A program made the translations under genes and the position numbers. DNA of 64,000 nucleotides from Abyssibacter profundi (GTDB lineage Bacteria > Pseudomonadota > Gammaproteobacteria > Nevskiales > OUC007): the NCBI RefSeq assembly GCF_003151135.1, contig NZ_QEQK01000005.1, forward strand, positions 321,955 to 385,954, given 5' to 3'. The notes beneath the pieces are model-generated. The model did not search any database. It saw only the letters and a program-made list of their open reading frames with translations, and was not told the DNA's origin. How positions within the stretch are numbered: position 1 is the stretch's first letter; every line of letters starts with the position of its first letter. Positions 57,213 through 64,000 of this stretch are shown here, in pieces.

Positions 57213-58631
57213 TCATTCCGCCGGGTCTTGCGCGCGGAAATTCACATCGGTGTTGGCGGCAATCCAGAGAAACACGGCGTAGGCCGCGACGTTTTGGCGC
57301 AGGGCCTCGGGGTCGATCTTGTCGAAGGTGTCGTCCGGCGTGTGGTGTAAATCGAAATAGTCGGTGCCGTCCTGTAGCAGCCGGAACGAGGGCAGGCCGA
57401 GATCATTCAGCGGAGACAGATCCGGGCCACTGCTACCCGTGTAGTCACGGGCGGTCTGGCCCACGCCCAGAGGCGCCAGCAAGCGCAGCATGGCGTCGAC
57501 AACCGGGTCGGCTGCGGCCGGTAGGTCGGCGCCGATGTTGTAGACCCGCCCCGCGCCAAAGTCACTTTCCGAACCGAGTTGGTGCCGGTCGAGTTCGTCG
57601 GCATGCGCCTCGGCATAGGCCTTGGCACCCAGCAGTCCGACCTCCTCGGCGCCCCAATGCACCAGGCGGATGCTGCGCCGCGGCTGCAGGCCCGAACGCC
57701 GAATCAGATCGACCGCGGCGGTCGTGATCGCGATGCCCGCGCCATCGTCAACGGCGCCGGTGCCCAGGTCCCAGCTGTCCAGATGGCCGCCGGTGATGAT
57801 GATCTCATCGCCGCGATCACTGCCGGGCAGGTCAACAATGAGGTTGGCACTGCGCGTCTTGCCGACGAATCGCGGCGTGGCCTTGATGGCGACCTGGATG
57901 GTCTCGCCGTCAGCGGCCATGCGTTCGAGCTGGTCGGCGTCGGGCTGCGACAGCGCAAGAGCCGGAATGGGTGTCTGACCTTCAGGCCACTTGGTTGACC
58001 CGGTGTGAGCCATACGATGCGACTGCGTGCCGACGGATCGAATCATGATGGCCTTGGCGCCCTTGCTGGCCGCGATGCCGGGGCCATCAAACCGGGTTTT
58101 GCCGAAGTAGGCGTAGGAGCTGCCGTCCTGGGTCTTGCCCATCGCGTGGCTGACATAGGCGATCTTGCCGGTTAGCGCACCTTCGGTCAGGGCCTCGACG
58201 TCTTCGATGCTCTCGAACAGGACGACCTCTGCTTCCACCGGAATCGGGCCGGTGGAGCCGGAGTCACCCAGCGCGGTTACAACCAATGGCTGGGGATAAG
58301 GCGCGGTGACGCGGGCCCATTCCTCACCGCGAACCCAGCCATCCAGTTCGAACCGCTCGATGCGAATCTGGTCACGATCAAAACCCAGTTGTTGCAGGGC
58401 GCGCACCGACCACTGCCGTGCGCGGGCCTCGGCCTCGGTGCCCGCCAGGCGGGGCCCGACCTGGGTGGTCAGGTCGCGCAGTAGGGTGTAAGCCGTGTCG
58501 TCGACCAGGGCCTGATCGCGTAGCTGCTTGGCCTGCTGCAGGATTGCATCGGGAACAGGCGCCGCCTGCGCGAGCAGGGGCAGACAGCAAAGTGCCAGCA
58601 TCCAGCGGGCAAGAGCCAAAGATTGGGTCAT
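57213..58631 (-). CDS. Secreted M28 family aminopeptidase with PA domain
   Basis: Signal peptide. M28 zinc-binding blocks (HLDSWDLGTGAVDDGAG, HWGAEEVGLLGA). Confidence 0.8.
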   Translation of the reverse strand: MTQSLALARWMLALCCLPLLAQAAPVPDAILQQAKQLRDQALVDDTAYTLLRDLTTQVGPRLAGTEAEARARQWSVRALQQLGFDRDQIRIERFELDGWVRGEEWARVTAPYPQPLVVTALGDSGSTGPIPVEAEVVLFESIEDVEALTEGALTGKIAYVSHAMGKTQDGSSYAYFGKTRFDGPGIAASKGAKAIMIRSVGTQSHRMAHTGSTKWPEGQTPIPALALSQPDADQLERMAADGETIQVAIKATPRFVGKTRSANLIVDLPGSDRGDEIIITGGHLDSWDLGTGAVDDGAGIAITTAAVDLIRRSGLQPRRSIRLVHWGAEEVGLLGAKAYAEAHADELDRHQLGSESDFGAGRVYNIGADLPAAADPVVDAMLRLLAPLGVGQTARDYTGSSGPDLSPLNDLGLPSFRLLQDGTDYFDLHHTPDDTFDKIDPEALRQNVAAYAVFLWIAANTDVNFRAQDPAE

Positions 58632-58822
58632 GGTGGGTCCAGCGTTTAATCGACGAAGGGCGTAGCGCCCGGTAGTGGGTTCGAAGGCGGCGCAGGGTGG
58701 CTGTCGCAAGCAACAGGCCACGGCGGTACCGGCCAGCTCGGGCTTGCCCGGTGTCTGAACTGACCTTCATGTCAGTGTCACGGGCAGGGCCTAGTCTAGC
58801 GGGTTCCCTGGGGAGGAATCCG

Positions 58823-60454
58823 ATGCACGAACAAACACCATCATTTACTGAACGGTCGCAGGCCTTGCTGCCCAAGGTGTCGCGACGCACTGTCCTGCAG
58901 GCGGTCTTCATGGGGGCGGCGGCGGCCTCGGCGCCTCGCTGGCTGGCCAGCGCAGCGCATGCGCAGGCGGCGGGCAGCATCAATCTGCCCACAGGGCCGT
59001 TGGCGAATATCGGACCACTGGAGAAGAAATCCGTCGGTGGATTCACGATCCCGGGCATCGACGAGCAGGTGTACGCGCCCGCAGGCTTTGAGGTGCGCGT
59101 TGTTGCGCGGGCAGGGCTGGACCCGCTGATCAACGAAGCGTCGCTGTCGGGTTACAACTGGCACATTTTTCCGGATGGCGGCGCGGTGTTTCCGTCCGAG
59201 TCCGATGGCGGTTGGGTTTATGTCTCCAACTCCGAGTTGCCGTCGGGCTTCGGTGGGGTCGGTGCTTTGCGCTTTGATGCCGAGGGCCATCTGATCGACG
59301 CCTACCCCATTTTGCGTGGGACCAGCAGCAACTGCGCGGGCGGCGCCACGCCCTGGGGCACCTGGTTGTCTTGCGAGGAGAATGGAGCGGCGGGCCAGGT
59401 CTACGAGTGCGATCCGTTCGGGACAGCGGCAGATGCGGTCGTCAAACCGGCACTGGGGTCCTTCAATCACGAAGCGGCGGCCATCGATCCGATCCATCAC
59501 GTGGTCTACGAGACCGAAGACGCCGGCGACGGCCGGTTCTACCGGTTTGTGACCGACCCGTCCGATCGCACGGTCCTGGACAACGGTGTGACCCGCCTGG
59601 CGATGGAAACCGGGCAGCTCGAAGTGATGAATATCCAGGGGTTTGAAGCAGGGGCCTATCCCGAGGCCGCCGACATCCGCAGCCCGCTGCCCGTCAGCTG
59701 GTCGCCCGCTGGCGATGGTGCGGGGACCCGGTTCGCCGGCGGCGAGGGGCTTTGGTACTACGAAGTGCCAGAGCATCTACGCAGCGTTCCTCCTGGCGGC
59801 AGCGTGAACACCCGCGGGGTGATGTTCTTTGCGACCAAGGGTGACAATCGCGTCTGGGCGCTGGACATCGAAAATCAACTGGTCGAGCTGGTCTTCGACA
59901 ATGACAACATGCAGCTCGATGTGGGCTTCGACGATGTCGACAATGTGACCGTCAGTCCCTTTGGTGATGTGCTGGTCGCTGAGGATGGTGATGCCATGCG
60001 CCTGGTGGTCATCGTCCCCAATGGTGAGGCCAAGGTGCTGATGCAGATCACCCGCGGATTGTCGGAGATTACCGGGCCGGCGTTTACCCCCGATGGCTCA
60101 CGGCTGTACTTCAGCAGTCAGCGCGGTCCGACACTGCCGGGGCTTCAGGTCCCCGGTGAGGGCGAAGGGGGTGGGGTGACCTTCGAAATGACCATACCGG
60201 AGGCGTTCCGCGTACTGCCCGCGGCGCCGCCCGCGCCCGAGCCCGAGCCCGAGCCCGATCCGGAGCCCGATCCGGAGCCGCCCGCGCCCGATCCGGAACC
60301 TGCACCCGAGCCCAATGTCACCATCGAGGAAACCCAGGCCGGCTCTGCCACAGTCGGCGGCTTGCTCGGCGGTGCAGCGGCCGCGGTACTTCGGCGCCGT
60401 TGGCTTGCGTCGCGAAACGACCAGACCGATGAGCCATCGGGTGACATCGGATAG
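58823..60454 (+). CDS. Tat-secreted PhoX-like/DUF839 beta-propeller protein, paralog 2, with a (P-E/D)n repeat and a hydrophobic-RRR C-terminal tail
   Basis: GGGGAGG RBS. SRRTVLQ Tat motif. NCAGGATPWGTWLSCEENG. C-terminal PEPEPEPDPEPDPEPPAPDPEPAPEP followed by GGLLGGAAAAVLRRRW. Confidence 0.55.
   Translation: MHEQTPSFTERSQALLPKVSRRTVLQAVFMGAAAASAPRWLASAAHAQAAGSINLPTGPLANIGPLEKKSVGGFTIPGIDEQVYAPAGFEVRVVARAGLDPLINEASLSGYNWHIFPDGGAVFPSESDGGWVYVSNSELPSGFGGVGALRFDAEGHLIDAYPILRGTSSNCAGGATPWGTWLSCEENGAAGQVYECDPFGTAADAVVKPALGSFNHEAAAIDPIHHVVYETEDAGDGRFYRFVTDPSDRTVLDNGVTRLAMETGQLEVMNIQGFEAGAYPEAADIRSPLPVSWSPAGDGAGTRFAGGEGLWYYEVPEHLRSVPPGGSVNTRGVMFFATKGDNRVWALDIENQLVELVFDNDNMQLDVGFDDVDNVTVSPFGDVLVAEDGDAMRLVVIVPNGEAKVLMQITRGLSEITGPAFTPDGSRLYFSSQRGPTLPGLQVPGEGEGGGVTFEMTIPEAFRVLPAAPPAPEPEPEPDPEPDPEPPAPDPEPAPEPNVTIEETQAGSATVGGLLGGAAAAVLRRRWLASRNDQTDEPSGDIG
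60232..60310 (+). repeat. Hexanucleotide tandem repeat (GAGCCC/GATCCG units) encoding the PEPEPEPDPEP tract
   Basis: Read directly: cccgagcccgagcccgagcccgatccggagcccgatccggagccg. Confidence 0.7.
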
Positions 60455-60471
60455 AGTCTGCGCCCTGATGT

Positions 60472-61407
60472 TTGGCTCTGACTGCATGGACGATGTCATT
60501 CGGTACACCCTGGCTGTTATTGGCCGCTCTGGCCGCTCTGGCCGCCCTGGCGACGCTTCTGCTCGTCTTGCGCCTGGTCACCGGCTGGGTCTGGAGCGGT
60601 TTACGGCATAGCCCTCGGCTGCTGCGGCGGCTGGGCGAGCATTCAATGTCTCGGGCCGTCTGGTCCTGGCTGAGTCACCGTTGGCCTCGGACGACGGGGT
60701 GGCTGGCTGCGCGTTTGGAGACCACGCGGTTTCCCGGCCTGCCGCTGACGCTGCTGATCCTGTTGGCGCTTTATCTGGCGAGTCTGGGCTTCGGATTACT
60801 GGACGATCTGGCTGAGGGTGATGACCTCATCGCGCTGGACAGGCAGTTCAACGAGGCGCTAGGCGTCGTGCGCGCCGAGCCGATCCTGCATGTCTTAGGT
60901 TGGATCACCGCGCTGGGTAACACCGAGACGCTGGTCGCGGTCACCTTGGTCGCCATCGGGTTCTTGTGGGTGCATCGCCGATCAAGCTTCATTCCGGGGC
61001 TGCTGCTCAGCATTATCGGATCGCAACTGGTGACCTGGGCGGGCAAGTTTCTGATCAACCGGCCGCGCCCGGATTTCCTGACCTTTGCAGAAGCCAGCTC
61101 GCCGTCGTTTCCCAGCGCCCATGCCACGGGTGCGATGGCCGTTTACGGCTTTATTGCCTATGCGCTGGCGCGGGACCTGCAGCGCGCAAACCGGCGGTTC
61201 GAGCTTGCATTCTGGGCAACCGTACTGATCGGACTCATCGCCGCCAGCCGTCTGGTGCTCAGCGTGCACTACACCAGTGATGTCTTGGCGGGACTGTTGG
61301 TGGGCGGGTTCTGGCTGCTGGCGGGATTCACGCTCACCGAATGGTTGCGTCATCATCAGGGCCAGACTCTGCCGGGTCAGGCCGTCAGCTTGCCGAACAG
61401 CGATTGA
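60472..61407 (+). CDS. PAP2 superfamily (phosphatidic acid phosphatase type 2) membrane phosphatase
   Basis: KFLINRPRPD (KX6RP), PSAHAT (PSGH) and SRLVLSVHYTSDVLAG (SRX5HX3D) motifs. The true start may be downstream of 60472. Confidence 0.8.
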   Translation: MALTAWTMSFGTPWLLLAALAALAALATLLLVLRLVTGWVWSGLRHSPRLLRRLGEHSMSRAVWSWLSHRWPRTTGWLAARLETTRFPGLPLTLLILLALYLASLGFGLLDDLAEGDDLIALDRQFNEALGVVRAEPILHVLGWITALGNTETLVAVTLVAIGFLWVHRRSSFIPGLLLSIIGSQLVTWAGKFLINRPRPDFLTFAEASSPSFPSAHATGAMAVYGFIAYALARDLQRANRRFELAFWATVLIGLIAASRLVLSVHYTSDVLAGLLVGGFWLLAGFTLTEWLRHHQGQTLPGQAVSLPNSD

Positions 61408-61479
61408 CGCCCTTGCGAGCCGGTGAAACGCCGGCCTGTGCGGGCCTCTGGGTCCCCCGAATCACTGCTTGTTGCCACC

Positions 61480-61797
61480 ATGTCATTTGCGCTGCTGCAT
61501 TTACCGCTGCACTTCCTGCTGCCTGGCTTGGTGGCCTGGCTGGGCTTCCGGCCTCGGTGGCGGCGGGCCTGGCTGATCATGGTGGCCACGATGCTGGTTG
61601 ATCTCGACCATCTGCTGGCCGATCCCATCTACGATCCGGGCCGATGCAGCATCGGCTTTCATCCGCTGCATCAGGGCTGGGCTATCGGCTTGTATGTCGC
61701 GGCGCTGGTCGTTCCGATGCTTCGGGTGGCGGCCACGGGCTTGCTGATTCACATGGGGCTGGATGGTTTGGACTGTGTGGTGCCTTCAGTTTCCTAA
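61480..61797 (+). CDS. Small hypothetical membrane protein (DUF6122-like)
   Basis: Start placed at MSFALLHLPLHFLLPGLVAWLG. Conserved HxxxD-like LVDLDHLL. The start is uncertain. Confidence 0.4.
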   Translation: MSFALLHLPLHFLLPGLVAWLGFRPRWRRAWLIMVATMLVDLDHLLADPIYDPGRCSIGFHPLHQGWAIGLYVAALVVPMLRVAATGLLIHMGLDGLDCVVPSVS

Positions 61798-61844
61798 CCG
61801 CCTGCCGATGGAGCAGGACGTTCGTCCCGCCTGTCTTGCCATTC

Positions 61845-62204
61845 ATGAAACCGCTTACCCTTCGCCTGCTTTGCGATGACATCCTTCGTACGTTTCAGGC
61901 CCAGCAAGTCGACGGTCAGCGACCGCTGGCTGTGCGCAGCATCTACCAGCATTTCGATAACGGCGATCTGTTGCTGGAGCAATTTGGAGACGCTCTCGGC
62001 CAGTTGGTGCGTGAGGGCGTCTTCGAGTCCGTGCTGCAGGATGGCGAGTTGTATCTGCGTCTCACGGACCGGGGTCATGCGCGCAGCTTGGCTGTGACAG
62101 GTACGCCGCCGTTACTTCATCGCCTGCTCAGGCAGGTGTTCGCGCTGCAATACAAACTGCAGGCGCCGGTGGGGCCGGTTCAGCGGCGGCGCGGGCGCAT
62201 CTGA
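61845..62204 (+). CDS. Hypothetical 119-aa protein
   Basis: ATG start. No motif recognised. Confidence 0.4.
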   Translation: MKPLTLRLLCDDILRTFQAQQVDGQRPLAVRSIYQHFDNGDLLLEQFGDALGQLVREGVFESVLQDGELYLRLTDRGHARSLAVTGTPPLLHRLLRQVFALQYKLQAPVGPVQRRRGRI

Positions 62205-62728
62205 TAAAGCGCCGTACTGCGAGCAACGAGTGCTCCGTCGCTGCGGCGTAACTCTCCATGCAGCGTGAACTCCGCCTGACCGTGGGCAAGGGTCTCGGCT
62301 TCCACGCGCGCGATTTCATCTGCTGACATGGCGAGCTCCACCGTGACATCGCTCTTGGCAACCTTGACGAATTCCATGCGCAAATCGGTGACGATGGGGA
62401 TAAACCGCGTGATGCCGTAGGTCGCCAACATCAACGGACCGCCCGGGAACTCCGCAAGCGTGAACAAAGCGCCGGCGTACATGGTGCCGATGTGATTCAC
62501 ATTGCCCTTGATCGGCATGCGCGCCACCACCCGACCCGGTTCTAGTTCGACGACCCGGACCCCGGTGTTGCGCACAAAGGGAATCACCCGTGGCGACAGC
62601 AGCTGCACCAAACGAGGGCGGATCGAATCGGCAAAGAGTTGCTCGGCGCCCTCAACGGGGAGGCCGGCCTGGCGGGCCCGATGCAGGGCTGTGCGACCAA
62701 AGGCTTCGATGGGTTGGCTCAGGTTCAT
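62180..62728 (-). CDS. Hotdog-fold thioesterase (YiiD C-terminal/DUF4442-like, PaaI superfamily)
   Basis: HIGTMYAGALFTLAEFPGG pattern typical of DUF4442 hotdog proteins. Start at ATG 62728. Confidence 0.65.
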   Translation of the reverse strand: MNLSQPIEAFGRTALHRARQAGLPVEGAEQLFADSIRPRLVQLLSPRVIPFVRNTGVRVVELEPGRVVARMPIKGNVNHIGTMYAGALFTLAEFPGGPLMLATYGITRFIPIVTDLRMEFVKVAKSDVTVELAMSADEIARVEAETLAHGQAEFTLHGELRRSDGALVARSTALYQMRPRRR

Positions 62729-62852
62729 GCGTGCTCGGATGGGTCGGTGGAGCGCACAGCATAACCAGCCTGGATGCCGGGAGGCGTTTGCACTTCGTCG
62801 GCTTGGGATTGACAGCCCAGATGGCGCCCATCGCTGCGGGTGGCCGAGGGCG

Positions 62853-63155
62853 TTAGCGAGTCGGCGGGTCCGCGTCTTCGAGAAACCGGTGTGCCGCCTG
62901 CAGCGTGACATCGAGAAACCAGTCACCCTCGCGGGACTTCGGTACGACGATGTTGTCGTCGACCAGCTGCCGGATGGCTGCAGCAAACACCCCGTCATCG
63001 ACGCCGCTCAATCCCTTAACAGCGGCGTGGAGTGACCGTGCGTCCAGGCTGCTGTGTCCGGCCAAGACCGCCTCTCGGATATGGTGCAGCAACTCGAATA
63101 GCAGCGGTGTGGCGTGCCGAGTTCTGCTGGAGGGGACGCGAGCAGTCTTGGACAT
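62853..63155 (-). CDS. Hypothetical 100-aa protein
   Basis: ATG start. No motif recognised. Confidence 0.35.
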   Translation of the reverse strand: MSKTARVPSSRTRHATPLLFELLHHIREAVLAGHSSLDARSLHAAVKGLSGVDDGVFAAAIRQLVDDNIVVPKSREGDWFLDVTLQAAHRFLEDADPPTR

Positions 63156-63191
63156 CCCGCGGATTCTATACGTCGGCTGGGTTCGGGGCGG

Positions 63192-63914
63192 TTAGCGTTT
63201 CTGCCGACCCCGCAAGCCCAGCAGCACGGCATCTGCCAGGTCGAGTTTGACCTGGCGGCGGATCCCCTTGATCAGATCGTGGCGGATACGTCGTTTGGTC
63301 GCGGCATGGGCGCGCATGTCCAGACTGGCGAATTGGCTGGCAAGCGCCCGTGCTGTCGGCATGAGTTCGTGGCTGTCCACGAGCTGGTCAAAGAAGCCGG
63401 CCTGGAGAGCCGAATCAACGTCGAAGAATTCCGAGAGGTTGACCGCGCGTTGGTAGGCTGCGGGCGTGAGGCGATGCCCGAGCATGGCGGCGCCGACTCT
63501 CGGAATGGTCAGGCCCAGGGCGACTTCATTGGCGGACACCTTGAAGTCACCACGCGTGCCGATGACGTAGTCGCAGGCCAGCATCAGAAACACGCCCATG
63601 GCCAGGACGTGGCCGTTGCAGGCAGCGATAACCGGGTAGGGGTACTCGAGCACCCGGGCGCTGAGCAAATACCCCAGGCGCAGCATCTTGAGCGTTTGCG
63701 GACCACCAGACTTCATGACCTTGAGGTCGAAGCCGGCCGATAACACGGTGTCGCGCCCGGTCAGAATCACCATCGCCTGATCCGCTTCGGCCCGGTCTAA
63801 GGCGGCTTCGATGGCTTCCAGCATGGCTGGCGACAAGGCATTGCGCTTGCCGTCGTCCAGCGTCAACGTGGCGACGCCATCCTGCAGTTCATACGTGACG
63901 AGCGTGTCGGACAT
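63192..63914 (-). CDS. Enoyl-CoA hydratase/isomerase (crotonase) family protein
   Basis: VILTGRDTVLSAGFDLK oxyanion-hole block and the ACNGHVLAMG block. Confidence 0.8.
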   Translation of the reverse strand: MSDTLVTYELQDGVATLTLDDGKRNALSPAMLEAIEAALDRAEADQAMVILTGRDTVLSAGFDLKVMKSGGPQTLKMLRLGYLLSARVLEYPYPVIAACNGHVLAMGVFLMLACDYVIGTRGDFKVSANEVALGLTIPRVGAAMLGHRLTPAAYQRAVNLSEFFDVDSALQAGFFDQLVDSHELMPTARALASQFASLDMRAHAATKRRIRHDLIKGIRRQVKLDLADAVLLGLRGRQKR

Positions 63915-64000
63915 GGGCGGGCTGCTTTGAGAGTGTGGAGGGCATCGTACCCAAGGTTGGAGCGGCTGCGAGCCGGCGCGGATCAGCGGCGATCCGGCCG

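Noticed and set aside
1-64000. Search for CRISPR arrays, rRNA, integrases, transposases and IS inverted repeats.
   Set aside because: No regularly spaced direct repeats, no rRNA-like conserved blocks, and no DDE or tyrosine-recombinase motifs in any frame. The only tandem repeats are short in-frame coding repeats at 60232-60310 and 60521-60556.

Overview
High-GC (~65%) chromosomal segment with roughly 55 protein-coding genes on both strands. The gene content points to a gammaproteobacterium, possibly of marine or soil origin. The segment is dense in secreted and lipoprotein hydrolases: S8, S9, M20 and M28 peptidases, DUF885, PhoD, two PhoX-like/DUF839 proteins, a PLC-like protein, PAP2, PLD and a patatin. 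I did not recognise any rRNA, tRNA, CRISPR array, integrase or transposase. Recognisable modules are an arsR-acr3-arsC-arsH arsenic resistance operon, a standalone aceE, fbp, two paralogous Hanks-type Ser/Thr kinases carrying TPR tails, and a MerR-controlled divergent SAM-methyltransferase. Two regions stand out as accessory or novel. (1) A ~2.2 kb low-GC islet at 26.2-28.4 kb carries a Dcm-type C5 cytosine methyltransferase translationally coupled to an uncharacterised 271-aa protein that I take to be a PD-(D/E)XK-like endonuclease; it has a TATAAT box at the ATG and no mobility genes. (2) A minus-strand operon at 28.5-32.4 kb encodes an SPFH/band-7 lipoprotein, a 622-aa membrane protein made of two fused DUF1538 domains, and a 408-aa protein made of three tandem PII (GlnB)-like domains in one chain. 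This looks like a previously undescribed PII-gated transporter/sensor system. The six-frame track shows ATG, GTG and TTG starts all as M, so several starts were re-placed downstream using RBS and signal-peptide logic. Every family assignment rests on motifs read by eye; no database search was run.
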